Assembly: GCA_030066595.1 (NCBI GenBank)
Contig: JASJBI010000057.1
Location: forward strand, 40,021 to 104,020
Reading direction: 5' to 3'
Length of the DNA stretch: 64,000 nucleotides
DNA from: Alphaproteobacteria bacterium
GTDB taxonomy: Bacteria; Pseudomonadota; Alphaproteobacteria; JAJFFI01
Shown here: one piece after another, positions 1 to 10,727 of the stretch
Layout: every line of letters starts with the position of its first letter
How positions within the stretch are numbered: position 1 is the stretch's first letter
The notes under the pieces: generated by a model
The model's database searches: none
What the model saw: only the letters and a program-made list of their open reading frames with translations
What the model was told of the DNA's origin: nothing
Program-made: the position numbers and the translations under genes

Positions 1-477
1 GCCCTTTTCGAAATGCGATTCGATGGTCTCCTGCCAGATGACCGCACGGTCCTGTGCGCCATACAAGCGGTAGTGCACAACCAGCTCGCCGACATTCTTG
101 AACTCCAGGAAGGGACGGCCCAGCTCCTGCGAGACGATTTGCGCCTCGAGCCGGTAGTCGCCCTCGTCCCCGACGACGACGCGACGGAACAATCCTGATT
201 TCTCGAGCGTCCCCGAGAGCGCCGCGGTAAATGCCTGATCATCGATGCGCGAGAGATCCATCTGGTCTTCCCCCGTCTTCTCGCCGCCGCCGACGCGCCA
301 GATCGCGATCGTCTTGGCACCCCTAGCGGTCGGCGCCGCCGTCACCTCCGGCACCATCAGGTCAGCCTTTGGCGGTTGCGCACAGGCGGCCAGTATCGCG
401 ACCACGAGCAACAGCGACGCAAATCGCGGACGCCTCAAATCTCCGAACAATGGCGCAATCATGGGAACGGCCCTCAT
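1..477 (-). CDS. Lipoprotein, partial; the C-terminus runs off the left edge of the window
   Basis: My own reverse-complement reading gives an ATG at 477-475 and MRAVPMIAPLFGDLRRPRFASLLLVVAILAAC... with a lipobox (LAAC). This ORF is absent from the supplied track because it has no stop inside the window. Confidence 0.5.
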   Translation of the reverse strand, partial: MRAVPMIAPLFGDLRRPRFASLLLVVAILAACAQPPKADLMVPEVTAAPTARGAKTIAIWRVGGGEKTGEDQMDLSRIDDQAFTAALSGTLEKSGLFRRVVVGDEGDYRLEAQIVSQELGRPFLEFKNVGELVVHYRLYGAQDRAVIWQETIESHFEKG

Positions 478-484
478 CACCCGA

Positions 485-1006
485 CTACGGCTTCAACTCT
501 TTCTTGATCCCGGCAACGATTCCGTCGGCGCAATTCTCCAGCACCTGCCGTGGGTAGCCGCCGGACGCGAGCCCGCCCCCGCGCATCCGTTGGCGCGAAA
601 CAATCTCACCCTTGATCTCGCCCGACGTTCGATCGACGAGATCGCTCTGCACCATGCAGTAGGCGGTGCCGCCGCCGACGGATGTCCAACGCTCGGCGAC
701 CGTGCCGGGCTCATAGGCAATAAGCCTGCTCTCGACCAACAGGACGGGATCGGTGCCGGCACCCGGCGGTGTGACTTGGTATCCCGCCTCGCGCAGACCG
801 GATTTCAGCCGGTCGGTCACGACTCCCATCAGCGCGGGACTGACGTTTTGGCCGGTTTGATCCGCGACGTCCGGCACTTCGAATGTCTGATAGCCGGCCA
901 TGGCTGCTTTCGGCGCCAGATAGACCGACGGCGCGCTCTCCTGGCTGACGCATGCAACGGGCAGCAAAGCCAGAAACAGAAAGACGACTCGTGAATTTTC
1001 CATCAC
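485..1006 (-). CDS. Secreted lipoprotein of unknown function
   Basis: 173-aa ORF with a signal peptide and lipobox (MMENSRVVFLFLALLPVACVSQ). Composition is protein-like, and it lies in tandem with the upstream lipoprotein. Confidence 0.6.
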   Translation of the reverse strand: MMENSRVVFLFLALLPVACVSQESAPSVYLAPKAAMAGYQTFEVPDVADQTGQNVSPALMGVVTDRLKSGLREAGYQVTPPGAGTDPVLLVESRLIAYEPGTVAERWTSVGGGTAYCMVQSDLVDRTSGEIKGEIVSRQRMRGGGLASGGYPRQVLENCADGIVAGIKKELKP

Positions 1007-1460
1007 AAAGCCCGCTGACCTTCGTAGAAGGTTGCGAAATTTTCATGCTTAGGGTGCCTTTTTTACAGGATTGCTACAAAAATAGCATTGATCTGTGTCA
1101 TCTGTTTACTTTAAAGCACTCTATGTATTTGATTTGTTACGATTGGTTCTTTGAAAGTTCGCCATCTTTGGCAGGATCGGCGCGCCTTCGTGATGCGCTC
1201 GCGTTGGCCGACTTTGGCCCGCAGGGTTCGCCGTTGCTGACGGCCGCGTCTCCGCGATCAGACAGATTGGTCGCCGAGCGTGTTGTCAGGCTTGCGATGA
1301 CCCACAACCCCCCTCTGGCCGCAGGGCGCACACGCGCATCGATCACAGGCCGAAAACCGCTTGGAAATCGCCTCTCCGGGGCCCTACGCTGGCGCACGGC
1401 AAGCCGAACGGCGATGCCGGATGCGGGGTGTGGATCGCGCCCCGCGCCAGATTACGGCCA

Positions 1461-1874
1461 ATGATTGGAGGAGGTGGACCGTTGCCCAGAACTGGAACAT
1501 GCCTGTGCGGGGAAGTGAGCTTCTCAGCCGAGCCGTTGCCGACCATGCAGGCCTGCCATTGCGGCATGTGCCGCAAATGGAGCGGCGGACCGTTCATGTC
1601 GACGCCGTGCAAGGAGGCGGTCTTCGATGGGCCGGTGACGCGCTATGCCTCGTCGGACCACGCCGAACGCGGCTTCTGCGCGACCTGCGGCACGCATCTC
1701 TTCTATTTTGCGAAGGCCGCAGGAATCCATGCGATCCCGATCGGCCTGTTCGATGACCAGACGGACTTGCCCTTCCGGGCCGAGTTCTATGTGGACCGCA
1801 AGCCGGACTACTACGCGTTCAGCAACGAGACCAAGCAGCTGACGGCCGCCGAGTACGAGGCGAAGTTCCGCTGA
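1461..1874 (+). CDS. GFA-family (CENP-V/glutathione-dependent formaldehyde-activating enzyme-like) zinc-binding protein
   Basis: Cys motifs CLCGEV...CHCGMCRKWSG...CATCGTHL are typical of the GFA fold. The ATG at 1461 (MIGGGG) is the most plausible start. Confidence 0.7.
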   Translation: MIGGGGPLPRTGTCLCGEVSFSAEPLPTMQACHCGMCRKWSGGPFMSTPCKEAVFDGPVTRYASSDHAERGFCATCGTHLFYFAKAAGIHAIPIGLFDDQTDLPFRAEFYVDRKPDYYAFSNETKQLTAAEYEAKFR

Positions 1875-2058
1875 CGCGACACGCTTCGCGATTTGATCGA
1901 CAAAGCGGCGGGCGGATCGTGGATCAAGTCCCGCCGCCCCTCGAATCGCCGCGCGGCCCGCGGCGCGGGTCTCGAGTCGCCGCCGGCAGGCAGGGCAGGC
2001 ACGTACTCGCGATTTCGAATATTGTATACAAAATCCAAAACGATGGTAGCATGCCGGC

Positions 2059-2742
2059 ATGGCCTTGCCCGAACGTGCGCTGCGCATTCCCGAGAGCATC
2101 GCGAGCGAGCTTGCCCGCGTGCTCGAGGACGCGATCATCTATGGCGAGATCGAGCCGGGCACGCGGCTGCGTGAGGAAGAGGTATCGGTGCGCTATGGCG
2201 TGAGCCGGTCGCCGGTGCGCGAAGCCTTCCGGCTGCTCGAGCGGGACGGCCTCGCGATACGGGCGACGCGCCGGGGCTTCAAGGTCTCGGAGGTGGGCCG
2301 TCGCGACCTGCGAGAGGTCTACTCCTGCCGCGTCGCGCTCGAAGGGCTCGCCGCCGAGCAGGCCGCGGCCGCGCGGACCCAGGCCCAGGTGGCGGCCATG
2401 CGGCGCCTGCTCGCCGACATGGGCGCCGCGAAGGCGGCCCGGGACGCCCGGGCCTACTTTGCGCACAATGTCGCGCTCACCGGGTTGATCTACGAGGCGA
2501 CCGGCAACGAGACCTTGCAGCGACTGCTCTCGCGCATCGAAAAGCAGGCGCGGCGCTATCGCTTTATGGCTTATGTCACGCGGCCCGCGCTGATCGCGCA
2601 GTCGGAGACGGGCAACCGCCGCATCATCGACGCGATCGCCGACGGCAAGCCAGAGACCGCGCGAGACATCACCGAAGGGCTGATCCGGACGTCCTGGAAG
2701 GCGATCGACGCCCACCTCGAGAGTGCGGGCTTCGATGAGTGA
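2059..2742 (+). CDS. GntR-family transcriptional regulator with an FCD ligand-binding domain
   Basis: N-terminal winged HTH (EEEVSVRYGVSRSPVREAFRLLERDGL) followed by a helical FCD-like C-terminal domain. Its stop overlaps the next gene's start within ATGAGTGA. Confidence 0.85.
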   Translation: MALPERALRIPESIASELARVLEDAIIYGEIEPGTRLREEEVSVRYGVSRSPVREAFRLLERDGLAIRATRRGFKVSEVGRRDLREVYSCRVALEGLAAEQAAAARTQAQVAAMRRLLADMGAAKAARDARAYFAHNVALTGLIYEATGNETLQRLLSRIEKQARRYRFMAYVTRPALIAQSETGNRRIIDAIADGKPETARDITEGLIRTSWKAIDAHLESAGFDE

Positions 2743-4720
2743 CTTCATCACCAGCGCCGTGATCCGGGAATCGCTCGCCTCCGTCGTGCGCGAGATGCGC
2801 CGCTCGATGGTGCGCTCCTCGTACAGCTCGATCATCTATGAGGGCTATGACTTCTCCTGCGCCATCATGGACGCCCGCGGCCAGCTGGTCGCCCAATCCG
2901 GCGAGGATCATCCGTTTCACGTGATCCCCGTCGCGTGGAGCGTGGGCAAACTGCTGGAGACCGGGGTCGACGTGCGGGACGAGGACGTCTTCCTGCACAA
3001 CGACCCCTACTCGGGCGGCACGCATCTCAACGACGTGGCGGTGATCTGGCCGGTCTTCGAGGACGGGCGCCTCTTGATGTTCGTCGTCATCCGCTCGCAT
3101 TGGGCGGACATCGGCGGCATGACTCCGGGCAGCCTCAGCGGCAAGGCGCGAGAGATCCTGCAAGAGGGGCTGAGGCTCAACCACGTGCGCGTGCCCAAGA
3201 CCGGGCGGTCCGAGGTCATGGACGTGATCTTCGCCAACGTCCGAATCAATGACGAGGCGCTCGCCGACTTCCGAGCCGTTCTCGGCACCTGCCGGGTGGC
3301 GGAGGCCCGCCTGAAGGAGCTGCTTCGGAAATACAGCACCGGCACTGTGCTCGCCGCAATTGACGAGCTCTTGCGGGCCTCGGAAGAGCGCATGCGGTCC
3401 GCGATCCGTGATCTGCCGGATGGCCGCTATGTCGGGACGGGATACCTGGACGGCAACGAACCGGCGCTCTTTCCTTTGCGTGTCCAGGTTGCCTTGACCC
3501 TCGAGGGCGACGGTTTGCGCGCCGACTTTGACGGCACCTCGGCGCAGGTGCCGGCGCCCTTGAACGCCGGTCCGGCGATCGCCGCGACCAGCGTGCTCAC
3601 CATCGTGAAGAGCTTTCTCGACCCGGCCGGGGTGATCAACTCCGGCACCATCCGCGCGATCGAGGTCGAGGCACCGGCAGGTACCATACTGCACGCCACC
3701 TATCCCGCTCCCTGCGGCGGCCTGAACGAGGTTCGCTTCGCCGCCGACGGCGCGGTCATGGCAGCACTGGCGCAGATCATTCCCGAGCGCATCACTGGCG
3801 ATGTGCGCGGCACCTCGAACCACACCTACATCGGGGGCGTCGACCCGGCGCGGGGCAAGCCCTTCATCTTCTACGAATATCCGTCCGGCGGCACCGGCGC
3901 CTTCGACGGCTCGGACGGCAATCACGCCGTGCGCGCCTTCAACGAAGGCGAGAACGTCTCGATCCAGTCCGCAGAGGTGGTGGAGACGATCTATCCGCTT
4001 CGCATTCGTCGGAACGAGCTGCGCCCGGACAGCGGCGGCCCCGGCCGGTTCCGCGGCGGCTGCGGCCTGCTGCGCGAGGTCGAGGTGCTGGCCGACGGTG
4101 CCCGCCTCTCGGTGCTCTCCGACCGCAATCTCATCCCCCCCTTCGGCGTCAACGGCGGTCGGTCCGGCGCCCCAAACCGATACGAGATCCAGCGCAACGG
4201 CGAAACCATCGAGCCGTCCGCGTTTCCGGGCAAAGTCGCGGATTTCCCGCTCCAGCGGGGCGATGTCGTGCGCATGATGAGCTCCGGTGGGGGCGGTTAT
4301 GGCGCTGCGCCGGCGCGGGATCCCGAGCGGTTGACGCGGGATTTCGAAGACGGGGTGGTGACCGAGGCGGGGCTGGAACCCTACGGTGCCGAGCTCACGA
4401 ACGGGACGCTCGCGATGAACGGCTGGCCGACCGACGAGACCTCCGCGCGCGTAGTTCTGAGCAACGAGAAGGCGCCGGTTCACGCGTGCCGCGTGTCCGC
4501 CGCTCTGGCCCAGAGGCTCGCACTCAGCGAAGGCCAGATGGTCGAGTTGGTGCGGGCGCACGGGCCGGCGATGCGGTTCTGGGTGGCCGACACCGAACCC
4601 GGCGTCGAGCCCAGCATCGCGCTCTCCAGCATCTGGCGTGGCGCCCTGGAGGAGGAAATCTGCGTCGTGCGCGCGACGCCGACACGCATGCCCAACATGG
4701 GAGCACAGCAAGATGAGTGA
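2735..4720 (+). CDS. Hydantoinase B/oxoprolinase-family protein (HyuB-like, ATP-dependent amidohydrolase subunit)
   Basis: N-terminus MSDFITSAVIRESLASVVREMRRSMVRSSYSSIIYEGYDFSCAIMDARGQL matches the hydantoinase_B signature. It carries about 80 extra C-terminal residues and is translationally coupled to its neighbours. Confidence 0.85.
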   Translation: MSDFITSAVIRESLASVVREMRRSMVRSSYSSIIYEGYDFSCAIMDARGQLVAQSGEDHPFHVIPVAWSVGKLLETGVDVRDEDVFLHNDPYSGGTHLNDVAVIWPVFEDGRLLMFVVIRSHWADIGGMTPGSLSGKAREILQEGLRLNHVRVPKTGRSEVMDVIFANVRINDEALADFRAVLGTCRVAEARLKELLRKYSTGTVLAAIDELLRASEERMRSAIRDLPDGRYVGTGYLDGNEPALFPLRVQVALTLEGDGLRADFDGTSAQVPAPLNAGPAIAATSVLTIVKSFLDPAGVINSGTIRAIEVEAPAGTILHATYPAPCGGLNEVRFAADGAVMAALAQIIPERITGDVRGTSNHTYIGGVDPARGKPFIFYEYPSGGTGAFDGSDGNHAVRAFNEGENVSIQSAEVVETIYPLRIRRNELRPDSGGPGRFRGGCGLLREVEVLADGARLSVLSDRNLIPPFGVNGGRSGAPNRYEIQRNGETIEPSAFPGKVADFPLQRGDVVRMMSSGGGGYGAAPARDPERLTRDFEDGVVTEAGLEPYGAELTNGTLAMNGWPTDETSARVVLSNEKAPVHACRVSAALAQRLALSEGQMVELVRAHGPAMRFWVADTEPGVEPSIALSSIWRGALEEEICVVRATPTRMPNMGAQQDE

Positions 4721-6089
4721 GATCACTCTGCCGACCGCCGCTCAGGAGCCTGCGGTCAACCGGCGTTCTGTTCCTTTGGGACGGAATGGGCGAACCAGCG
4801 AACGCGAAGCCGGCCAACTTGCCCTGGCCTATGAGTTGCTGCCCGGCGGCGCGCTTGGCGGCAACGCTTTGCCCGACGACCTGCGCTTCGTGTTCCATCA
4901 CGGCAACGGCGCACGGTTCCGGGACACGACCGGCAACGAATACATCGACTACTGCCTGGGATCCGGCCCGCTGGTGCTCGGGCACGCCCATCCGGCGGTC
5001 GTCCAGGCGGTCATCGACCAGGCCCGCCGCGGCACGCATTTCTTTGCCTATCTCAACGAGCCGGCGGTTCGTCTCGCCAAGGTCATCGCCGACCACCTGC
5101 CCTGCGCCGAGAAGCTGCGCTTCACCACGTCCGGCTCGGACTCGACCTTTCACGCCATCCGCCTGGCGCGGGCCTTCACCGGCCGGGACAAGATTCTCAA
5201 GTTCGAAGGCGCCTATCACGGCCATCACGACTACGCGCAGCTGTCCACCTCACCAAAGCGCGTCGCCGAGTTCCCGGCGCCGCAGCCGGACACCAGCGGC
5301 ATTCCGGCCGATGTGCGCGAGCTCATGCTGGTCGCGCCCTACAACGATCTGGAGACGACGCGCGGCATCGTGGAAGCGCATGCGGGCGAGATCGCGGCGA
5401 TCATCGTCGAGCCGGTGCAGCGCATCATCGCGCCCGTCGACGGTTTTCTCGAGGGGCTTCGCGCGCTGACCGAGGCGCACGGCATCGTGCTCATCTTCGA
5501 CGAGGTGGTCACCGGCTTCCGCTTCGGCATGGGCGGGGCCCAGGCGCATTTCGGCATCACCCCCGACCTGTGCACCTTGGGCAAGATCATCGGCGGCGGC
5601 ACGCCGCTCGGCGCGGTCGCCGGCAGGGCGGATATTCTCGACCAGTGCGACCCACGTCAGAAGGGCGACCCCGCCTATGTCTACCAGAACGGTACTTTGA
5701 ACGGGAACCCGCTGGGCGCGGCGGCGGCGCTCGCGACCCTGGCCGAGCTGGAGAAGCCGGGCGCGTTCGACCGCCTGTTCGAGATCGCGGCCGCGGTGCG
5801 CAGCGGCATCGGCGAGGTCTTGGCCGCCAACCGGATGCCGGCCATCTGCTTCGGCACCGGACCGATGTGGCACATCCTGTTTACCGACCGCGAGCCCCGG
5901 AACCATCGCGATGTCATGGCGGCCGACGGCAAGGCGCTCATACGCTTCGACTACGAGCTGATCCGCAACGGGATCTTCGTACTGCCGGGCAACCGCCGCT
6001 TCGTCTCGCTGGCCCACAGCCGAGGCGACATCGAGGACACCTTGGCGGCGGTCGACCGGGCCTGCCGCCGGTTCACGCTGGCCGCTTGA
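4713..6089 (+). CDS. Class-III (omega) aminotransferase, glutamate-1-semialdehyde aminomutase-like
   Basis: GSGPLVLGHAHPAVVQAV...TSGSDSTFHAIRLARAFTGRDKILKFEGAYHGHHD and the lysine region FDEVVTGFR...GKIIGGG are class-III aminotransferase motifs. Its start overlaps the hyuB stop. Confidence 0.85.
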   Translation: MSEITLPTAAQEPAVNRRSVPLGRNGRTSEREAGQLALAYELLPGGALGGNALPDDLRFVFHHGNGARFRDTTGNEYIDYCLGSGPLVLGHAHPAVVQAVIDQARRGTHFFAYLNEPAVRLAKVIADHLPCAEKLRFTTSGSDSTFHAIRLARAFTGRDKILKFEGAYHGHHDYAQLSTSPKRVAEFPAPQPDTSGIPADVRELMLVAPYNDLETTRGIVEAHAGEIAAIIVEPVQRIIAPVDGFLEGLRALTEAHGIVLIFDEVVTGFRFGMGGAQAHFGITPDLCTLGKIIGGGTPLGAVAGRADILDQCDPRQKGDPAYVYQNGTLNGNPLGAAAALATLAELEKPGAFDRLFEIAAAVRSGIGEVLAANRMPAICFGTGPMWHILFTDREPRNHRDVMAADGKALIRFDYELIRNGIFVLPGNRRFVSLAHSRGDIEDTLAAVDRACRRFTLAA

Positions 6090-6090
6090 T

Positions 6091-8128
6091 CATGCAGCCA
6101 AACGGGCAAATTATCGTCGGGATCGACGTCGGCGGGACCTTCACCGACCTGACGCTCTACGACCCGCAATCCGGCGAGACGCGTGCCGTGAAGTCCCCGT
6201 CGGACTCCGCGAGGCCCGACCAAGGCGTGCTCGCGGCGCTCGACAAGTCTGGGCTCGATCTGGGGGACTGCGGGCTCATGGTGCATGGCACCACGGTCGG
6301 CACCAATGCGTTGCTCGAACGCAAGGGCGCGCGCACCGCAATGATCACCACCGCGGGCTTCCGGGACGTGATCGAGCTCGGCCGCACCACCCGGATGACG
6401 CCGAACACGCTTTACAACCCGTATTTCCGCAAGACGCCGCCGCTGGTCCGGCGAAAAGACCGCCACACGATTGCCGAGCGGATCGGCGCCGACGGCGCGG
6501 TGGATCGGCCGCTCGACGAGGCGGCGCTGGCGGCGCTGGCCAAGCGCCTATCCGCCGGCGGTACGGAGTCGGTCGCCGTCTGCCTGCTCAACAGCTATGC
6601 CAACGATGCACACGAGCAGGCGGTTGCCGATCACCTGCGCGCCCATATTCCCTTCGTCTGTCGTTCAGTCGACGTCCTGAACGAGATCCGGGAGTACGAG
6701 CGGTTCTCGACCTGCGTCATCAACGCCTATCTGATGCCGCTCATGGGGCGCTATGCCGGCCGCCTTGTCGACACGCTGCGGGAGCGCGGCTACCAGGGCT
6801 CCTTTCACACCATGGCCTCGAATGGCGGCCTGCTGAGCGACGCGATGGTGCGCGCCGTTCCCGTGCGCACGATCCTCTCTGGCCCGGCCGCCGGCGTCGC
6901 GGCCGCCGCCTATCTGATGCAGGGCCTGGGCCGTGGCGACTATGTGACCTACGACATGGGCGGAACGTCGACCGATGTGGCACTGGTCGTGGACGGGACT
7001 TGGCCGGTCAAACGGGAGACCGTGCTCGAGGGTATCATGATCAAGATCCCGCAGCTCGACATCCAGACCATCGGCGCCGGCGGCGGCAGCATCGCCTCCC
7101 TCGACGCCGGCGACAGCCTGCTTGTCGGGCCAGAAAGTGCCGGTGCGCACCCGGGCCCGGCCTGCTACGGCCATGGCGGCGAGGAGCCGACGGTCACGGA
7201 CGCGAACGTGGTTCTGGGCCGGCTCGGCGCGGGTCAGGAGCTCGGCGCCAGCCTGCGGATCGACGCAGACGCGGCCCGCGCTGCCGTGGCCAGGCTGGCC
7301 GCGCGGCGCAAGATCACGGTCGAGACCATGGCCGCCGGCATCGTGCGCGTCGCCGTCGCCAAGATGGCCGCCGCGATCTACGAGATCTCGGTCGCGCGCG
7401 GCCACGATCCGCGCGAGCTCGCCCTGCTGCCCTTTGGCGGCGCCGGGCCGCTGCACGCTTGTGCGATCGCCGACGAGCTGGGCATCGGCAGCGTCGTGGT
7501 TCCGCCGGTCCCGGGCGCGTTTTCGGCCTATGGCGGGCTCTGCTCGTCCCTGTTCAAGGAGAAGATGGCGACGCTCTTGGCGCCGCTCGACGCGGCCGCG
7601 ATCGGCCGCATGGCGGAGCTGGCGGTGGGTTCGGCCGCGGCGCTGACTGAAGAGTTCAAGCGCGAGGGGCTGTCCACGGAGCGGCTGCGCTTCCGGCGCG
7701 AGATCGACGCCCGCTATCTGGGGCAGGCGCATGAGGTCACGGTCGAGGTCCCCGACGACGTCGATCCCGGCGCGGCGCGGGCGCTGTTCGAAACCGAGTT
7801 CGAACGTCAGTTCGGCCGCCGCGACAGCGACAAGCCGGTCGAGATCGTAAACCTGCGGGTGATCGGCGAGATCCTGCCCGAGCCGCCCGCACTCAGACCG
7901 ATGGCCACGCGCGAGACCGCGGTGGCGCCCGTAGCCATGCGGCCGGTCTACCACGAGACCGGATTCGCCGACTGTCCCGTCTACGACCGGGAGACCTTGG
8001 CGGGCGGGGCCACGATCGCCGGGCCCGCCATCGTTCAGGAGATGAGCTCGACGGTGTATCTGCCGCCCGACTGGACGCTCGCGGTCGGGCGTTTCGGCGA
8101 GCTCGAGCTGACACGGACACAGACTTGA
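6091..8128 (+). CDS. Hydantoinase A/oxoprolinase-family protein (HyuA-like)
   Basis: MQPNGQIIVGIDVGGTFTDLTLYD is the characteristic N-terminus of hydantoinase_A/oxoprolinase. The track's 5570 start is a spurious upstream extension across the aminotransferase. Confidence 0.85.
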
Positions 8129-8145
8129 CCGAAGGGAGCTGAGAC

Positions 8146-9096
8146 ATGCCTGACACGCCACTGCGGGAGCCGGACGCGTTTGCGGACACCCGCGCCTTTC
8201 TCGAGAAGCACGGCTATCCCCGGGGCGATCTCTGGGATCGCCCCATATCGGACGCGCGCTTTCCGGACGGCGCCCACTTCCGCATCGAGGTACCCACCGT
8301 GAACAGCGCGGATGCGGTGCGCACACTGGTGCGCATCGTGCGCGAGGAAAGCGGGGTCACCATCAACCGCATCGACCAGACCGCCGGCATCATGCGGTTC
8401 TCGGACAAGGAGCATGAGGCCTACCTGGATGTGGGACGCGAGCACGACATCGAGATCTTTTTCGCGCTCGGGCCGCGCGGCATCTACGACATCGGCGCGC
8501 AGAAGATGGTCAACTCGGTCTGGGGGCACGCCTCGGCGCTGCGCACGCGCGGCATGGAGCAGATCGTCTACGCCATTGAGGACGTCAAGCGCATCGTCGG
8601 CATGGGCGGACGCGGCCTCCTGATCTCCGACGAGGGTATGCTGATCCTGGCCAAGAAGCTGCGCGACGACGGCGTGATCCCGTCGGACGTGAAGCTGATG
8701 GCCTCGGCCCATATGGGCCACAACAACCCGGTCACCTACAAGATGCTCGAGGATCAGGGCGCGGACACCATCGCGTCCCAGCGGGATCTGGATTTCAGCA
8801 TCATGGCGGCGTTGCGCGCCGCCGTGCAGATCCCGCTGCACGTGCACATCGACAATCCCCAGGCGACGGGCGGTTTCATCCGCGTGTACGACGCCCCGGA
8901 GATGGTGCGGATCTGCGCCCCGGTCTACCTCAAGACCGGCTCGTCGGTGCTCGAGCGGCACGGCATGGTGATCACCGAGGATCTGGCGGTCCAGATGGGC
9001 CGGCAGGTCGCCGTATCGATGGAGACGCTCAGACGCTATCTGCCCGACGCGATCCAAACCGAGGGGCGGGCGGAGGATTTGGCGATTCCGGTGTGA
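8146..9096 (+). CDS. Conserved hypothetical protein, family not recognised
   Basis: 316-aa ORF with protein-like composition in the same operon orientation, between hyuA and dctP. No diagnostic motif recognised by eye. Confidence 0.5.
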   Translation: MPDTPLREPDAFADTRAFLEKHGYPRGDLWDRPISDARFPDGAHFRIEVPTVNSADAVRTLVRIVREESGVTINRIDQTAGIMRFSDKEHEAYLDVGREHDIEIFFALGPRGIYDIGAQKMVNSVWGHASALRTRGMEQIVYAIEDVKRIVGMGGRGLLISDEGMLILAKKLRDDGVIPSDVKLMASAHMGHNNPVTYKMLEDQGADTIASQRDLDFSIMAALRAAVQIPLHVHIDNPQATGGFIRVYDAPEMVRICAPVYLKTGSSVLERHGMVITEDLAVQMGRQVAVSMETLRRYLPDAIQTEGRAEDLAIPV

Positions 9097-9186
9097 TCGA
9101 GAATGCCGGACTTGGGAACGCCGCGGGAGACGCTGCAAGAAGCCGACCTGCGGCTCATAACAACGAAGCAGAGGAGGGAACAGACA

Positions 9187-10167
9187 ATGCTGTCCAGACT
9201 ATCAACAACGGCGCTCACGGCACTGCTGGGGTGGTTCCTGATCGGAACCGCGCCCGCGTTTGCCGCCGATTACACCGTAAAGATCGCCTATGAAACATCC
9301 GAGACGCACCTCAAGGCGCGCACGGCGGCGCTGTTCGCGGACGAACTCAAGAAGCGGAGCGGCGGCAAGATCGACGTCGAGATCTTCCCCAACGCCTCGC
9401 TGCTGCCGTCGAAGCAAGAGGTGAATGCGGCCATCCGCGGACAGGTTCAGGTGATCCTGCCGTTCCTGAGCTACTACGAATCCATCGCGCCGAGCGTCAA
9501 GGTGTTCACCATGCCCATGGTTTTCGCCGACTACGGCCATCTCGCCAAGGCGTGGCAGGGCAAGGCGGGCGATCAGATCCGCAAGGAGCTCGACAAGGTC
9601 GGCCTCCACGCGCTCGCCTTCTGGTACGAGACGCCGACCCAGCTGTTCACGACGGGAAAGCAGGTCACCAATCTGGATCAGCTCAAGGGACTGAAGATCC
9701 GGACCTATCCCTCGGCATTGCTGGAATCGACGCTGACCAATCTCGGCGCCGTGGCCACGGTGATCCCCGGCAGCGAGGTCTATCTGGCGCTCCAGAACAA
9801 CACGGTCGATGGGGCCATCACGACGCCGAGCTTCGCCGCTTCGCTCAAGCTCACCGAAGTGCTCAAGACCATGACCCAGATCGGTCTCGCCTATGGCGGC
9901 TACATCCTGGCGATCAACAAGGACTTCTACGACAAGCTGCCGGCCGACCAGAAAAAGGCGGTGGACGAATCGGCCGCGGTCGCCTCTGAGTGGAACGCCA
10001 AGGAGATCGACGCCGAGGTCGAGAAGTCCAATGCGGCGATGCGCGACGCCGGGGTCAAGGTGTTCGACCTCGACAAGGGCGACCGCAAGCGCTGGGTCGC
10101 GGCGGTGCAGCCGGTGTTCAAGGAGCAGGACGACTCGCTCAAGGCGCTGATTGACGCCGTGAAGTAA
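9187..10167 (+). CDS. dctP: TRAP transporter substrate-binding protein (DctP family)
   Basis: Signal peptide (MLSRLSTTALTALLGWFLIGTAPAFAADY) and DctP-like body. A good SD (GGAGGGA) lies upstream of the ATG at 9187. Confidence 0.85.
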   Translation: MLSRLSTTALTALLGWFLIGTAPAFAADYTVKIAYETSETHLKARTAALFADELKKRSGGKIDVEIFPNASLLPSKQEVNAAIRGQVQVILPFLSYYESIAPSVKVFTMPMVFADYGHLAKAWQGKAGDQIRKELDKVGLHALAFWYETPTQLFTTGKQVTNLDQLKGLKIRTYPSALLESTLTNLGAVATVIPGSEVYLALQNNTVDGAITTPSFAASLKLTEVLKTMTQIGLAYGGYILAINKDFYDKLPADQKKAVDESAAVASEWNAKEIDAEVEKSNAAMRDAGVKVFDLDKGDRKRWVAAVQPVFKEQDDSLKALIDAVK

Positions 10168-10193
10168 TCGCGCCGCGCCGGTAGTATCGGCGC

Positions 10194-10727
10194 ATGCCGA
10201 GCGGCGCGCGCATTCGGAGGATCATCCGCCGTCTCGACGGGGTGTTGAGCCGCGTCGAGACGGCGCTGGTCTCCGGGTGCCTGGGATTCGCGGCCTTGAC
10301 CGCGTTCGGCTTGATCGCCGGACGCAACCTGCTCAACCGATCCTACAACGCCCTCGAGGAGATCTCGGTCTACCTCATCATCTGGATGGTGTTCGCGGGC
10401 ATGATGCTGGCCGACCGGGCGCGTCAGCACATCTCGATCGACATCGTCCACTACATCATCCCCGCGCACTGGCAGGGCCCGCTACAGAGAATCGCGGACG
10501 GGTTTCAAGCTCTGGTCTGCCTCGGGCTTGCCTGGTTCAGCCTGGACGCGGTGCGGTTCTCCTGGCGGATCGGCGAGCGCTCGGTCTCGACCCTCGAGCA
10601 GCCCATCTGGGTGCTGATGTCCATCATGCCGCTCGCCTTTCTGGTGGTCGGGTTGCGGTCGCTCGCACGCAGCCTCGGCGAGACCCGCGCGCGAGAGGTT
10701 CGCGACGAGGGAGTGTCGTCTGTTTGA
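10194..10727 (+). CDS. dctQ: TRAP transporter small permease (DctQ family)
   Basis: 177-aa protein with four predicted TM helices, lying between dctP and dctM. Confidence 0.75.
   Translation: MPSGARIRRIIRRLDGVLSRVETALVSGCLGFAALTAFGLIAGRNLLNRSYNALEEISVYLIIWMVFAGMMLADRARQHISIDIVHYIIPAHWQGPLQRIADGFQALVCLGLAWFSLDAVRFSWRIGERSVSTLEQPIWVLMSIMPLAFLVVGLRSLARSLGETRAREVRDEGVSSV

Noticed and set aside
245-994. 249-aa plus-strand ORF at the window start.
   Set aside because: The two minus-strand ORFs in the same region have signal peptides with lipoboxes and protein-like composition. The plus-strand frame is Ala/Gly/Arg-rich with no features.
2669-4726. 685-aa ORF on the minus strand antisense to hyuB. 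There are similar long antisense ORFs at 6665-8326, 8035-9138, 10904-11812, 13906-14973, 22376-23824, 25003-26145 and 56288-58168.
   Set aside because: These have Arg/Gly/Ala/Pro-rich compositions with no recognisable motifs, sitting opposite genes with clear family signatures. They are typical stop-codon-poor antisense frames of a 65% GC genome.
5570-6090. Track start of the hyuA ORF at 5570 (852 aa).
   Set aside because: The extension overlaps the well-supported aminotransferase in another frame. The hydantoinase_A signature begins at the ATG at 6091 directly after the aminotransferase stop.
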